From contig JAIOPD010000050.1 of NCBI GenBank assembly GCA_021414115.1, positions 5,496 to 69,495 on the forward strand: a stretch of 64,000 nucleotides of DNA, written 5' to 3'. Every line of letters starts with the position of its first letter. Position 1 is the first letter of the stretch. Shown here piece after piece: positions 19,006 to 28,146 of the stretch. The notes under the pieces are model-generated. The model was not told the DNA's origin, made no database searches, and saw nothing but the letters and a program-made list of their open reading frames with translations. A program made the translations under genes and the position numbers. Source of the stretch: Planctomycetia bacterium. Lineage in GTDB: Bacteria > Planctomycetota > Planctomycetia > Pirellulales > UBA1268.

Positions 19006-19782
19006 TCATGGCGCACGCTCCTGCCGCGGCCAGGTGACGATGCCCGGCGACGGCCCACCTGATCGCTGGTTGACCTCGGCCATCCGGGCACCCCCGAGTT
19101 CGTCCCACATTGCCGTGGGTACCACGGGATGCCTTCTGGTTGATGGAGCGGGATACACGCGACGGAATGCCGCGTAGGCGATGAGGTCAGCTACTTGAAG
19201 GAGGAGCGACTGCTGCGAATTCCGGCTGACAGGATCGTCGATCAGACGATCGAACGGGCGTTGGACCACTCCTGAGCCGAATGCGCTACCTGCAACGCCG
19301 GCGCGACGGGCCTTCCGAGCAAGGCGACGAATCTCGTCGGCTTGGCCCTCGTCGTGAATGACCATCACCTGCGCCCTGCTGGTGGTCGCCAACCGCTCCA
19401 GCCGCTGGAGCAGAAACGTCCATGCCCATTCGTGTGGATCACCGCCTTGCAAGAACTCCTTTCGGATCACGACGGCGAATGCCTTGGCCTCGATCTTCGG
19501 AACGAGTCGCAGGGCGCCGCGGTAGATGGAATGCCGTGAATGCTCGCTGAGGGCTAACTCGCGGAAGCCACCGCGGTTGTGGAGCAGATTGTTTGCCTTG
19601 ATCTCATCACGGAGGCGGAGGCCGAATTCCTCGCGGATGTAACGGCGGTAGCCGAGCACTGCGTCGAATGTCTGCGACCATTGCGATGAGCGGACGAGTA
19701 GACACCCAAGAACGAAAGACTTCGAGCCGCCATTCGCTAGAGCACCGGTGCAGCCCGACTCGTCGATGTACGCGAGATACAT
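19006..19782 (-). CDS. DUF3800-like protein embedded between hsdS and hsdM
   Basis: 258-aa ORF with N-terminal YLAYIDESG and C-terminal LLLQVADLIAYAAFR motifs, characteristic of DUF3800. Its start codon shares one nucleotide with the hsdS stop (TGATG). Confidence 0.8.
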   Translation of the reverse strand: MYLAYIDESGCTGALANGGSKSFVLGCLLVRSSQWSQTFDAVLGYRRYIREEFGLRLRDEIKANNLLHNRGGFRELALSEHSRHSIYRGALRLVPKIEAKAFAVVIRKEFLQGGDPHEWAWTFLLQRLERLATTSRAQVMVIHDEGQADEIRRLARKARRAGVAGSAFGSGVVQRPFDRLIDDPVSRNSQQSLLLQVADLIAYAAFRRVYPAPSTRRHPVVPTAMWDELGGARMAEVNQRSGGPSPGIVTWPRQERAP

Positions 19783-21170
19783 CAGCAGGCTTCCTCGGGG
19801 ACGAGCTCACCAGAAAAGGCCTTGGCGAGGATCGACTGACGGAGACGGCCGGCGCGGGCGAGGTTCGTTTCAACGAGAGTTTCGAGTTCGTCGATGACCG
19901 ATAGCCGCCGCTCGACCTCGGCGACGATCCGATGCTGTTCGGCGAGGGGCGGGAGAGGAAAGCTCATGCCGCGGATCAGGGAGACGCTGAGATTCGGTTG
20001 AACGCCGCCCGAAGACAAAGTGCGCACGTCGTGGTAGTTGCGCATCAAGAACACTTTGAGGTAGGGCCGAACAAGGTCGCTGTGCCGATCGAAAAGCAAC
20101 GCGGCGCAAGCCTGATTTGTCGCAGCGGCAATCCTCAATTCAGACGCCTTTCCGCGGGTCTTGCCTTCACCATACAGGGCAACGAGCAGGGTGCCAGGCG
20201 CGAAAACCTTGGCATTGGTCTGTTCGACGGCGTGATCCGTTATCAACTCATCCGCATGGTCAATAAATGGTCTGTTGAGGGCACCACTTGTGACCCATGG
20301 AATCGTGCCGTCTAGCCAAAACGCTCCATTGCTCCGTAGCGGCGTCGCGCCAGTTGTCACGAGCGATACGACCTGCTCGATAGTTGCCCATGTCCAGCCC
20401 TCAGGGAGCGGCGGCAGGCCCGCGGTGTCGGGCGACGCTGGGGTCTTGTACTTGCCCTTGCCGGCCCAGGTCTCGCGGCGAGCAGTAAGGATGCGTTCGA
20501 GGAGTTGCTCGCCGGTTTCGTAGTCGCGGCCTTCGGCACGGGCGAGGGCGGCTTCGGTCGGCACTAGCGTGCCCTCGCAGGCGGCCTTGAGGACCGCGGC
20601 GCGGTATCGCTTGAGGTTGGCTCGCACGCGTTCGAGCCCCGCGACGCCGGCATCGAGCCGAGTGAACTGCCGTTCGATCTCGGCGACTAGCTGACGCTGT
20701 TCGGCAAGCGACGGCACGGGAAGAACCGAGGCTTCGAAGCGCCCTTTGGTGATGTGGGCGAGGCCTGCACCGCCATGAGCCGCACGGATGTATTCATCGA
20801 GATTCTGATTGATCGCGTATCGCAGGAACTGTTTGTCGAACTGTGCCGCCGAGAACAGCACCTTGAAGATGTGTTGATTCAACCAGGCGTCTTCGCCGTG
20901 CCACACATGGGCACCAAATGACGTGCCGGGCGTTCCAGACCATGCGAACAAAAGGTCGCCATTCCGAACGGCAAACTTCTCCGGCAGCTCTCCCTCGTAG
21001 TAATTGTAGGACGCTTCCGGGTTGTTCAGATTCTGGATTCGGATGATCGGTTTGCCGGACGTCGTCCACTCCGCGGGCTTGAAGGCACGCCCATTGATCA
21101 GCGTCAGGCAGTCACCGATCGCCACGGTGGGCCACCGCGGGCCTGTTGTAGTGATGCACGCCACGCTCAT
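19782..21170 (-). CDS. hsdS: Type I restriction-modification specificity subunit S
   Basis: 462-aa ORF with two target-recognition domains. They are separated and followed by conserved coiled regions (LAEQRQLVAEIERQF... and LAEQHRIVAEVERRL...). It has a 4-nt ATGA overlap with the hsdR stop. Confidence 0.92.
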   Translation of the reverse strand: MSVACITTTGPRWPTVAIGDCLTLINGRAFKPAEWTTSGKPIIRIQNLNNPEASYNYYEGELPEKFAVRNGDLLFAWSGTPGTSFGAHVWHGEDAWLNQHIFKVLFSAAQFDKQFLRYAINQNLDEYIRAAHGGAGLAHITKGRFEASVLPVPSLAEQRQLVAEIERQFTRLDAGVAGLERVRANLKRYRAAVLKAACEGTLVPTEAALARAEGRDYETGEQLLERILTARRETWAGKGKYKTPASPDTAGLPPLPEGWTWATIEQVVSLVTTGATPLRSNGAFWLDGTIPWVTSGALNRPFIDHADELITDHAVEQTNAKVFAPGTLLVALYGEGKTRGKASELRIAAATNQACAALLFDRHSDLVRPYLKVFLMRNYHDVRTLSSGGVQPNLSVSLIRGMSFPLPPLAEQHRIVAEVERRLSVIDELETLVETNLARAGRLRQSILAKAFSGELVPEEAC

Positions 21171-23935
21171 GCCGCAAGCACCTCGTTGAGTTCATCGAGG
21201 ATCGCAGGCAAGCCCTCACCGAAGAGCTGGTGCGCCCGACCGAGGCCGCCCTGTTGGCTGAACGGCGCGTACTCGAAATCGTCGGGCTCAATGGAAAGAC
21301 TGGTGGCGATGTGATCGCGGATCAGGTTCAACCACGCCAGTTGGTCCGCGCCGAAAACCGTGCCGCTGGCGGCCTTCGTGGTGAGCCACTCGTCGAAGCG
21401 TTCGCGGACGCTCTCGGCGAACGGCTTGAGGATGGGCTGCTGCTCGAGGGAAAACCGCACGAGCGAGACGAGGTCGGCGAACCGGCCCACCTGCGACTTG
21501 CCGCGGACCTTCTCGGGCATCGTCGCCTGGAACGCCGCCCAGAGCCGGTCCTCGGTCCAATCGGCCCGCTCCCGCATGAGCTTCGTTTCGAGATCCTTGA
21601 GCGTGGATTCGGTGAGCCGCTGCTTATAAGGCCGCGAGTAGATGATCTGCAGGGCCTCGATCTTCTCGTGGTGCGTCTCGATGTAGTCGCGGAAGCTCTT
21701 GATGAGGCTCTCGGATTTCTCCTTGGCAGCCGCATCAAAGCCGGCCGAGATCACGCGGTCGATCGTGACCGTATCGATCGTCTGCTCCGTAAGCCGCTTG
21801 GCCTCGACGAGCGCCTCGCGAAATGTCACGTCGTCGATCGGGCGGCAGGCCGCGACGGCAAGGTCGTGGCGGGCGGCGTCGAGTTGGGCCGGCGTGAGCG
21901 CGTCGATAGCAGTGCCCGTGCGGGCGGCGGCGTGCTCGGCAACGCGATCGGTGTCGATCACCGCGAGCAGGTCGCCAGCGATCGAGCCGAGCGTGCGTCC
22001 GCCCGAGCAAGCTTCGACGGCGTTGCGGCGGCGGTCGTCGAGCACGCGGTCGAGCCGGGCCAGCCGGGAGGCGAGCGAGGAGAGCGTGTCGTCGTCGCGG
22101 GTGCCCAGGGCCACACTGTCGAGCAGGGCGGCGAGCGGCACCGACGGCTTGCGTTCGAGTGGGCGGGAATCGGTCTTGTCGCTCTCGCACACGCCCACGG
22201 CATCGACGATCACGAAGTGGTCCTTGCCCGTGGCGTCGGCGCCGCTGACCGACTGGAGCTCAGTGGCCGAAACGACCCGCGTGCCGCGGCCCTTCATCTG
22301 CTCGAAGTAGAGCTTGCTGCGGACGTCCCTCAGGAAGATCAGGCACTCGAGCGGCTTCACGTCGGTGCCAGTGGCGATCATGTCCACCGTGACGGCGATC
22401 CGCAGCGTAGGGCTCGTCCGCAGTTCCTTGACCATCTCCTCGGCATTCTTCGCCCGTTCGCCGGGCTGGCCTGCTGCCTTGTAGGTGATCTTCTTGCAGA
22501 AGGCGTTGCCGCGGCCAAAGACGTCGCGGCAGATGTGGACGATGTCTTCGGCGTGGGCGTCGTCTTTCGCGAAGATGAGTGTCTTGGGCACCATCGTGCG
22601 GTTTGGGAAGAGGTCGGTGCCGAGCGCTTCCTTGAAGGCCGTGAGCACGGTGCGGATCTGCGAGGGAACGACGACGGAGCGGTCGAGGTCCCTTCCTTCG
22701 TAGACGAGGTCTTCGTCGAGGAGCTGCTGCCGCGTGCGGCGGGTCTCCTTGCTCCGCTTGTCGACGTAGAAACCCTTCTCGACGGTGCCGCCTTTCTCCG
22801 TGACCTCGGTGCGGATGCGGTAGACGTCGTAGCCCACGTTCACCCCGTCGGCGACGGCTCGCTCGTGGCCGTATTCCATGACGAGGTTCTGATTGAAGAA
22901 GGCGATGGTCTGCTGCGAGGGCGTGGCGGTGAGGCCGATCAGGAAGGCGTCGAAGTACTCGAGCACCTGCCGCCAGAGGTTGTAGATCGAGCGGTGGCAC
23001 TCGTCGGTGATGATGACGTCGAACGTCTCGATCGGGATGGCGGGGTTGTAGGCCACCTCGCGGGTGCGGCCGTCGGCGGAGACTTCGTAGGAGGAGATAT
23101 CGTCGGCCTCCTCGGGCAGGTCTTCGCCGCGGAGGAGCGAGTAGAGCCGCTGGATCGTGCAGATCGTGACGCGGGAGACGTCATCGAGCGCCCGCGACTT
23201 GAGATGCTGCACGTTGTAGAGCTCGGTGAAAGTGCGGTTGGTGTCGGGGACGGTGAAGCTTTCGAATTCGTCCTTCGTCTGCTTGCCGAGGTTGGCTCGG
23301 TCGACGAGGAACAGGATCCGACTGGCATTGGCGTAGCGGATGAGTCGGTAGGCGATGGCGCAGGCGGTGAACGTCTTGCCGGAGCCGGTGGCCATCTGCA
23401 CGAGGGCCCTGGGCCGCCCGGCCGCCAGGGAGCGTTCGAGGTTGGTGACGGCCTCGATCTGGCAGGCCCGCAGGCCGGCGGTGGCGAGGGGGTGATCGTC
23501 GGGCAGCTGCGCGAGCCGCCCGCGGAACGTGTCGGGCTCGGCGACCCAGGCGGCGAGCGTTTCCGGGCGGTGGAACGAGAAGACGCGGCGTGACAGCGGC
23601 TCGGGATCACGGCGGTCGCGAAAGAACGTCTCGACGCCGGTGGACTCGTACACGAACGGGAGGCCCTCGTGGGCGGGCACTCCGTCGGCGTAGCGATCCG
23701 ACTGGTCGGCGACGGTGGAGAGCGTGCGGCCAAGCCGCTTGGCTTCGACGACGCCAACGGGCCGGTGGTCAACCATCAGGAGATAGTCGCAGGGGCCGGT
23801 CTCCGTCGGAGCCTCGCGGACCGCGACCCCGCGGCCCGCCGATAGGTTCACGCTCGCGCGGTCCTGCACGATCCAGCCGCAGGCCGCGAGCTGGCGGTCG
23901 ATCTCTTGGCGGGCGAGTTGTTCGGGCGTGGGCAT
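21167..23935 (-). CDS. hsdR: Type I restriction enzyme R subunit (EcoEI-like, with long C-terminal extension)
   Basis: The ORF extends to 24058; the likely start is MPTPEQLARQEIDRQL at 23935. It carries Walker A MATGSGKTF, the DEAH-like ITDECHR, and helicase motif VI QMKGRGTR. The N-terminal nuclease region contains DYLL...VEAK. Confidence 0.95.
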   Translation of the reverse strand: MPTPEQLARQEIDRQLAACGWIVQDRASVNLSAGRGVAVREAPTETGPCDYLLMVDHRPVGVVEAKRLGRTLSTVADQSDRYADGVPAHEGLPFVYESTGVETFFRDRRDPEPLSRRVFSFHRPETLAAWVAEPDTFRGRLAQLPDDHPLATAGLRACQIEAVTNLERSLAAGRPRALVQMATGSGKTFTACAIAYRLIRYANASRILFLVDRANLGKQTKDEFESFTVPDTNRTFTELYNVQHLKSRALDDVSRVTICTIQRLYSLLRGEDLPEEADDISSYEVSADGRTREVAYNPAIPIETFDVIITDECHRSIYNLWRQVLEYFDAFLIGLTATPSQQTIAFFNQNLVMEYGHERAVADGVNVGYDVYRIRTEVTEKGGTVEKGFYVDKRSKETRRTRQQLLDEDLVYEGRDLDRSVVVPSQIRTVLTAFKEALGTDLFPNRTMVPKTLIFAKDDAHAEDIVHICRDVFGRGNAFCKKITYKAAGQPGERAKNAEEMVKELRTSPTLRIAVTVDMIATGTDVKPLECLIFLRDVRSKLYFEQMKGRGTRVVSATELQSVSGADATGKDHFVIVDAVGVCESDKTDSRPLERKPSVPLAALLDSVALGTRDDDTLSSLASRLARLDRVLDDRRRNAVEACSGGRTLGSIAGDLLAVIDTDRVAEHAAARTGTAIDALTPAQLDAARHDLAVAACRPIDDVTFREALVEAKRLTEQTIDTVTIDRVISAGFDAAAKEKSESLIKSFRDYIETHHEKIEALQIIYSRPYKQRLTESTLKDLETKLMRERADWTEDRLWAAFQATMPEKVRGKSQVGRFADLVSLVRFSLEQQPILKPFAESVRERFDEWLTTKAASGTVFGADQLAWLNLIRDHIATSLSIEPDDFEYAPFSQQGGLGRAHQLFGEGLPAILDELNEVLAA

Positions 23936-24144
23936 GGCGGTAGCCGAGGGTGCGAGACCCCACCAAAGTAAGGGATGTCGCACAGAGCCACCAGTGGAGG
24001 TGGTGCGTTGTTGAGAAGGTGAGGCTGCTGCGTCGATGCCGTCCGTCCGCCGCGGCAACCAAGCTAAATATCCGAAACAAACACGGCATATTCCTTGAGC
24101 GGCCTACTGGTATTGGCCGCTCTGCCTCACCAAGGAATGTGCCA

Positions 24145-24582
24145 ATGCAAGACAGCCTTTCGGGGCGAGCGGCGGAGCTCGCCCATCTCACAGATCTGAT
24201 TCGGACCAGCCTGTCGCTGGCCGACGCGGCGATCCCGCTCATCAACGAACAGTTGAACGGGCTCGCCGAAATGGGGATCGACAACCTCGAACTCGAAGGT
24301 CCCCGAATCTATTCCCGGACGGCGGGCTGGTCGCCCGCGTTCGATGACGCGCAGATCATCTACGCAGCGGCGCTCACGATGCCCGGCGGCCTCGGCTGCA
24401 CGACCTGGAGTGCCGATGAATACGCAATTCGGTACGGTGACTCGCACCATGAACCGCCCGCCCTTCGGGAGCGATTCGTCGTGTACGACAAGCTACCGCC
24501 AATCGTGCGGGCGATGATTCCGGGCGTTGCCCCCAAGCTGATCGCCGAGTTGCTCTCGAGCTTCCACGTGCTGGCCCGGTGA
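24145..24582 (+). CDS. Hypothetical protein (orphan, island-associated)
   Basis: 145 aa from MQDSLSGR within ORF 23950..24582. It is divergent from hsdR across an unusually A+T-rich spacer. No recognisable motif. Confidence 0.5.
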   Translation: MQDSLSGRAAELAHLTDLIRTSLSLADAAIPLINEQLNGLAEMGIDNLELEGPRIYSRTAGWSPAFDDAQIIYAAALTMPGGLGCTTWSADEYAIRYGDSHHEPPALRERFVVYDKLPPIVRAMIPGVAPKLIAELLSSFHVLAR

Positions 24583-24738
24583 TGCCGGACCAGCCGACGT
24601 ATGGCCGAGCCGCGTCGTAGCGGCCCAGCCTCTATCTGCCCGGCAGGCACGTTGCCGTGCCGGGCATGGTTTTCTCGCCGGTGGCGACGCTCGTCGCCGG
24701 TGTTTCCCTTGATCCCCGAACGGGGAAGGAATGCGCAG

Positions 24739-25017
24739 ATGTCAGTCCATGATGACGAATGTCTTCTCGCCGATATCGCGGCTGCACTAGGCGAGACGAT
24801 CGCCCTCGTGCGTAGCCGTGGTTTTCACATCGACAGTTGTTCCGCCGGCTACGCGCCGACGCCGGCTGGTTCGCGTTACCAACGAGAAGTCGGTGCCGGC
24901 GACGATGCACTCGACTTCGCGGCCTACGGCATCGACTGGGACGCCGGCGATGACTCTCGGCTTTGCCGCCGTGCGCGGCGGCTGAGTGGCAGGCGTCTCC
25001 GTCGCAGGGTGGCGTAG
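24739..25017 (+). CDS. Hypothetical small protein
   Basis: 92 aa from MSVHDDE. A GGAAGGA sequence lies about 8 nt upstream of the ATG. No recognisable motif. Confidence 0.4.
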   Translation: MSVHDDECLLADIAAALGETIALVRSRGFHIDSCSAGYAPTPAGSRYQREVGAGDDALDFAAYGIDWDAGDDSRLCRRARRLSGRRLRRRVA

Positions 25018-25113
25018 CGGCCACTCCGGCCAACACGACCGGCGGCGTGCCGACTGGGGCTCACGTGGCTCCCGGGCACGCCGCCGGTTTTTCCTATTTC
25101 TCTCCAAGACCCC

Positions 25114-25317
25114 ATGAATCAACACCCAAACCATCCCGAACACCCTGATGACATTGGCCCAAACAAAAAGCATCGAATCGACGCGGATCCACCCTACGGA
25201 CCGGCTTTCCCGGCAACAGTGCAGCGTTTCCGTGAACTGCTCGCGGAACTTATCGCTCGTCAGATCGCCGCCGAGCGATCAAAGAACCAGTCAGCAGGCG
25301 ACGACGACAAGCCGTGA
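25114..25317 (+). CDS. Hypothetical small protein
   Basis: 67-aa ORF with no clear ribosome-binding site and no motif. Confidence 0.3.
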   Translation: MNQHPNHPEHPDDIGPNKKHRIDADPPYGPAFPATVQRFRELLAELIARQIAAERSKNQSAGDDDKP

Positions 25318-25465
25318 GGGCCTCCCGGAAATCAAACCGCGCGTCACTGCGTCAACCCCCTCGAATCCAATCTCGCGGAATTGCTTGCTTTCTGAGGGCG
25401 AGACGGCGAAAATGGGGGCTTGCTGAACGATTCGACGGACCGCCCGCTGTCTCAAAGGAGGAGAC

Positions 25466-26011
25466 ATGAAACGCCGCCCCCGCACTGGTTCGAGCCGCCC
25501 CACACTCCCTGCCGCCCCGCCGCACCGCAGCCCTGAGGTAGTGGGATTCATCGCCGCCGTCCTTCGGCAGATGGATCATGCGGCCAACCTCGTTGCCGCA
25601 TTCTTCCGCAGCGTCGGCGCGCTCGCGCCAACCGAGATATCGCTCGCGGGCCTGCCCCGCGAGTTCCTGCTCGAGTTGGCAGCCCTGCTCCAACTACGGG
25701 AGTGGCACGCTGCAGGCCTGATCGACTGGTTCGACCCGGAAGGCCTGTCCATCGACGACATGATCGGCGAGGCGATCGGGCGGCTCAAGGACGACCCTCT
25801 AGCAGTCGCCGCTGGCCGCGCTGGCACCGACGCTATGACCGACGTGCTGCGGATCTGGACCGAGAGATGCGCACCAGACGCCCGCGGCCACCTCGACGCC
25901 GACGTTGCGATCCGCTGGGACAACTCGCTCGATATCGATGCTGCAGTCGATGCGTTCGCCACATTCCTCTGCCGGCATCGTGATGCCGGTGAAGCCAAGG
26001 AGGTGATCTGA
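25466..26011 (+). CDS. Hypothetical protein translationally coupled to the serine recombinase
   Basis: 181-aa ORF preceded by a strong Shine-Dalgarno sequence (AAAGGAGGAG, 25455-25463). Its stop TGA shares one nucleotide with the recombinase ATG (TGATG). Confidence 0.65.
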   Translation: MKRRPRTGSSRPTLPAAPPHRSPEVVGFIAAVLRQMDHAANLVAAFFRSVGALAPTEISLAGLPREFLLELAALLQLREWHAAGLIDWFDPEGLSIDDMIGEAIGRLKDDPLAVAAGRAGTDAMTDVLRIWTERCAPDARGHLDADVAIRWDNSLDIDAAVDAFATFLCRHRDAGEAKEVI

Positions 26012-28146
26012 TGCCCGTTCGGCTCTTCGGCCAAGCCCGCTGCTACCTCCGCCGCAGTTCCGCGAAACAGGAATCGTCGCTGGAGATGCAACTCGACTAT
26101 GCGATTTCAGCCGCCAGGCAGCTTGGCATTCCGCTGAATGCCTCGCAGGCAGACCTTGCATACATGCTGGCCAATCGGCTGACCAAGTACAAAGACATCT
26201 ACCTCGACGACGCGGTCAGCGGCACTCGGACAAAGCGTCCGGCGTTCGATGCGATGATCGCAGAACTGAAGGCCGACCCGTCGATCTCCCATCTCTTCGT
26301 CCACAAGCGGGACCGGCTCGGCCGGCCGCGCACGCCGCTCTCGATGATGCTGGTGGAGGAGGAGCTCAAGTCGGCCGGCGTGACGATCGTGACGTCGGAA
26401 GGTGTGATCGCGGCGGGCGCCCGCGGGTCCGAGGCTCTTGGGCAGTCGCTGGTCTCGTTCGTTGGCTATCACGAGAGCGGCGAGTTCAGCCGAAAGCTCT
26501 CGGAACGAATCATCACCAAGCACATCGAACTTGCGAGTCAGGGCTATAGCACGGGCGGCGTGCCGCCGTACGGTCACGGCCGCTTCCTCGAGAGGCCGGA
26601 CGGCACGCTCGTTGAGATCGCCTTGCACCAGCGTCATACGGAGCGGAACTGCCATATCCGCTTCCGGCCGAATAATGAGCAGCGGATCAAGACCTGGGTC
26701 TGGATTCTGGAGCGGCTGGAGGCCGGCTGGAGCGCGAAGCGGGTTGCCCAGCGTCTCAACTCGCTTGGCATCCCCACGCGGGACGCCGGCCGCACGCGGC
26801 ACGACAACGGTGTCGAGCACGAGGTGTCTGGCAAATGGCACGAGAGCACCGTCCTCGCGCTTGCCACCAATCCGATCATCATCGGTGTCAAAGAGTACGG
26901 CCGCTATTCAGAGGGTGTGCATCACCGCGCCAAGGCGACGGGGTTTCGCCCCGTCACCGAAGAAGAGCTGCTTACGGATGGTTCGGGCAAGACGATCGAG
27001 AACGACGTGGCGGACCGGATCCGTGCAGCGGCCGGCTTTGCTGCGCGGTTTGACCCGGAGCGTTGGCATCGCCTCCAGGCCAATCTGAAGGCCCGGGGCG
27101 GCTCCCAGCGCGGCAAGCGCAAAGCACACGACCCGGCCGCCTACCCACTGACGCCGTGCGTGTTCGACCTAACCTGCAAGTGCGGTGGGATCATGCACGG
27201 CGTCGTGCGAAAGGACCGCGGGGTCGGCCGCCCGATGTATCGCTGCAGCATCTACACGAAGACGGCTGGAAAGAAGTGCAACCATAACAACATCGACGGC
27301 GAAGCCCTGCTGCAGTTCACGGCACGGACACTCGTGACACTGATGCGGCGAGCTGCGGGCAAGGACAAATTGCGGGTGGCCGTCGAGGCCCGCATCCGGG
27401 ATATGCAAAAGGCTCCGCCTTCTCCTGACGAGGCGATTCGCCAGGAGGTCTTCGCAAGGGTCGAGCGGCTGCGGTTGAAGGTAGACCAGGCTCCGAAGCG
27501 CATTCTCGAAGAGGATGATGACGAACTCCGGGCCGCGCTACGGAAAGGGTTCCGCGATCTGCAGGCCGAACTGGCTGAAGCCGAGAAGGCGCTCGCCGAA
27601 GTGGAGAAGCGGATGCCGCACCGCGAGCCGCCCGCGAGCGTCGAGGTGGAGGTCCAGAAGGCGATGGCGCTCATGGACCGGATCGAGACGGTCTGTGCCA
27701 ACCCGGCGGCCCGCGAGGAGTTGAACCGGCTCGTCCAAGACCTCGGCATCCGGATCGGGCTCACCTTCCGGGAGGGCCGGCGGAATAACCGCCCCGTCCG
27801 CTTGCTCGAGGGCGGCATCGTCGCCTTCGGCAATCGCCCCCTGCCGTGCACGCTCCGTAACAGCAGCGGCCGTCCGCTGGCCGGCGGCCTGCCGGAGGCG
27901 GCCGGCGACAGGCATCAGGAAGACGATCACGGCGGCCAGCACGGCCACCACCATGAACACCCCGGCGAAGCAGATCGCTCCGCCGCGGGCAGCAAGAAAG
28001 CCCCTTCCGATCGGAAGGGCGGATCGACCGGATCGAGACGCACGTCGCGGGGCGGCGTGCGACCCTCACCGGCCGATCGTCAAACACCTCGCCAACCATC
28101 CGAGACCGGACGGTTATACAAGGCAAGTCGGGGCGACAGGATTTGA
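26011..28146 (+). CDS. Large serine recombinase (resolvase/invertase N-domain + recombinase domain + zinc-ribbon + coiled coil)
   Basis: 711-aa ORF with catalytic-Ser motif YLRRSSAKQE, VHKRDRLGRP, and a Cys cluster (CKCGG...YRCSIY...KKCNH). AAGGAGGTGA lies 7 nt upstream of the ATG. The last approximately 100 codons are Gly/Arg/His-rich low complexity and end inside the tRNA-Pro T-loop, so the native C-terminus is uncertain. Confidence 0.9.
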   Translation: MPVRLFGQARCYLRRSSAKQESSLEMQLDYAISAARQLGIPLNASQADLAYMLANRLTKYKDIYLDDAVSGTRTKRPAFDAMIAELKADPSISHLFVHKRDRLGRPRTPLSMMLVEEELKSAGVTIVTSEGVIAAGARGSEALGQSLVSFVGYHESGEFSRKLSERIITKHIELASQGYSTGGVPPYGHGRFLERPDGTLVEIALHQRHTERNCHIRFRPNNEQRIKTWVWILERLEAGWSAKRVAQRLNSLGIPTRDAGRTRHDNGVEHEVSGKWHESTVLALATNPIIIGVKEYGRYSEGVHHRAKATGFRPVTEEELLTDGSGKTIENDVADRIRAAAGFAARFDPERWHRLQANLKARGGSQRGKRKAHDPAAYPLTPCVFDLTCKCGGIMHGVVRKDRGVGRPMYRCSIYTKTAGKKCNHNNIDGEALLQFTARTLVTLMRRAAGKDKLRVAVEARIRDMQKAPPSPDEAIRQEVFARVERLRLKVDQAPKRILEEDDDELRAALRKGFRDLQAELAEAEKALAEVEKRMPHREPPASVEVEVQKAMALMDRIETVCANPAAREELNRLVQDLGIRIGLTFREGRRNNRPVRLLEGGIVAFGNRPLPCTLRNSSGRPLAGGLPEAAGDRHQEDDHGGQHGHHHEHPGEADRSAAGSKKAPSDRKGGSTGSRRTSRGGVRPSPADRQTPRQPSETGRLYKASRGDRI
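28002..28019 (-). terminator. Perfect 18-nt palindrome CCCTTCCGATCGGAAGGG; followed by CTTTCTTG on the minus strand (possible tRNA-Pro terminator)
   Basis: Seen directly in the sequence, about 110 nt downstream of the tRNA 3' end on its strand. It lies inside the low-complexity tail of the recombinase ORF. Confidence 0.3.

Larger units (their letters stand above)
16572..28127. mobile_element. Putative integrated genomic island (minimum extent) abutting the tRNA-Pro 3' end
   Basis: A serine recombinase lies next to the tRNA 3' end, together with orphan ORFs and an R-M system. The host repeat family is absent here. The distal boundary was not identified and may extend through the efflux cluster beyond position 1. 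Confidence 0.4.

Noticed and set aside
21230-23593. 787-aa plus-strand ORF covering most of the hsdR region
   Set aside because: It is antisense to an ORF that carries clear helicase and type I R-subunit motifs. Its own translation is Arg/Gly/Glu/Val-rich with no motifs. This is a typical shadow ORF in high-G+C DNA.
1-28127. A second, direct copy of the tRNA-Pro 3' segment (GGATTTGAACCTGCGACC...) that would mark the far att site of the island
   Set aside because: I did not find one by eye anywhere in the window. The island boundary therefore stays undefined rather than being called. A computational repeat search is needed.
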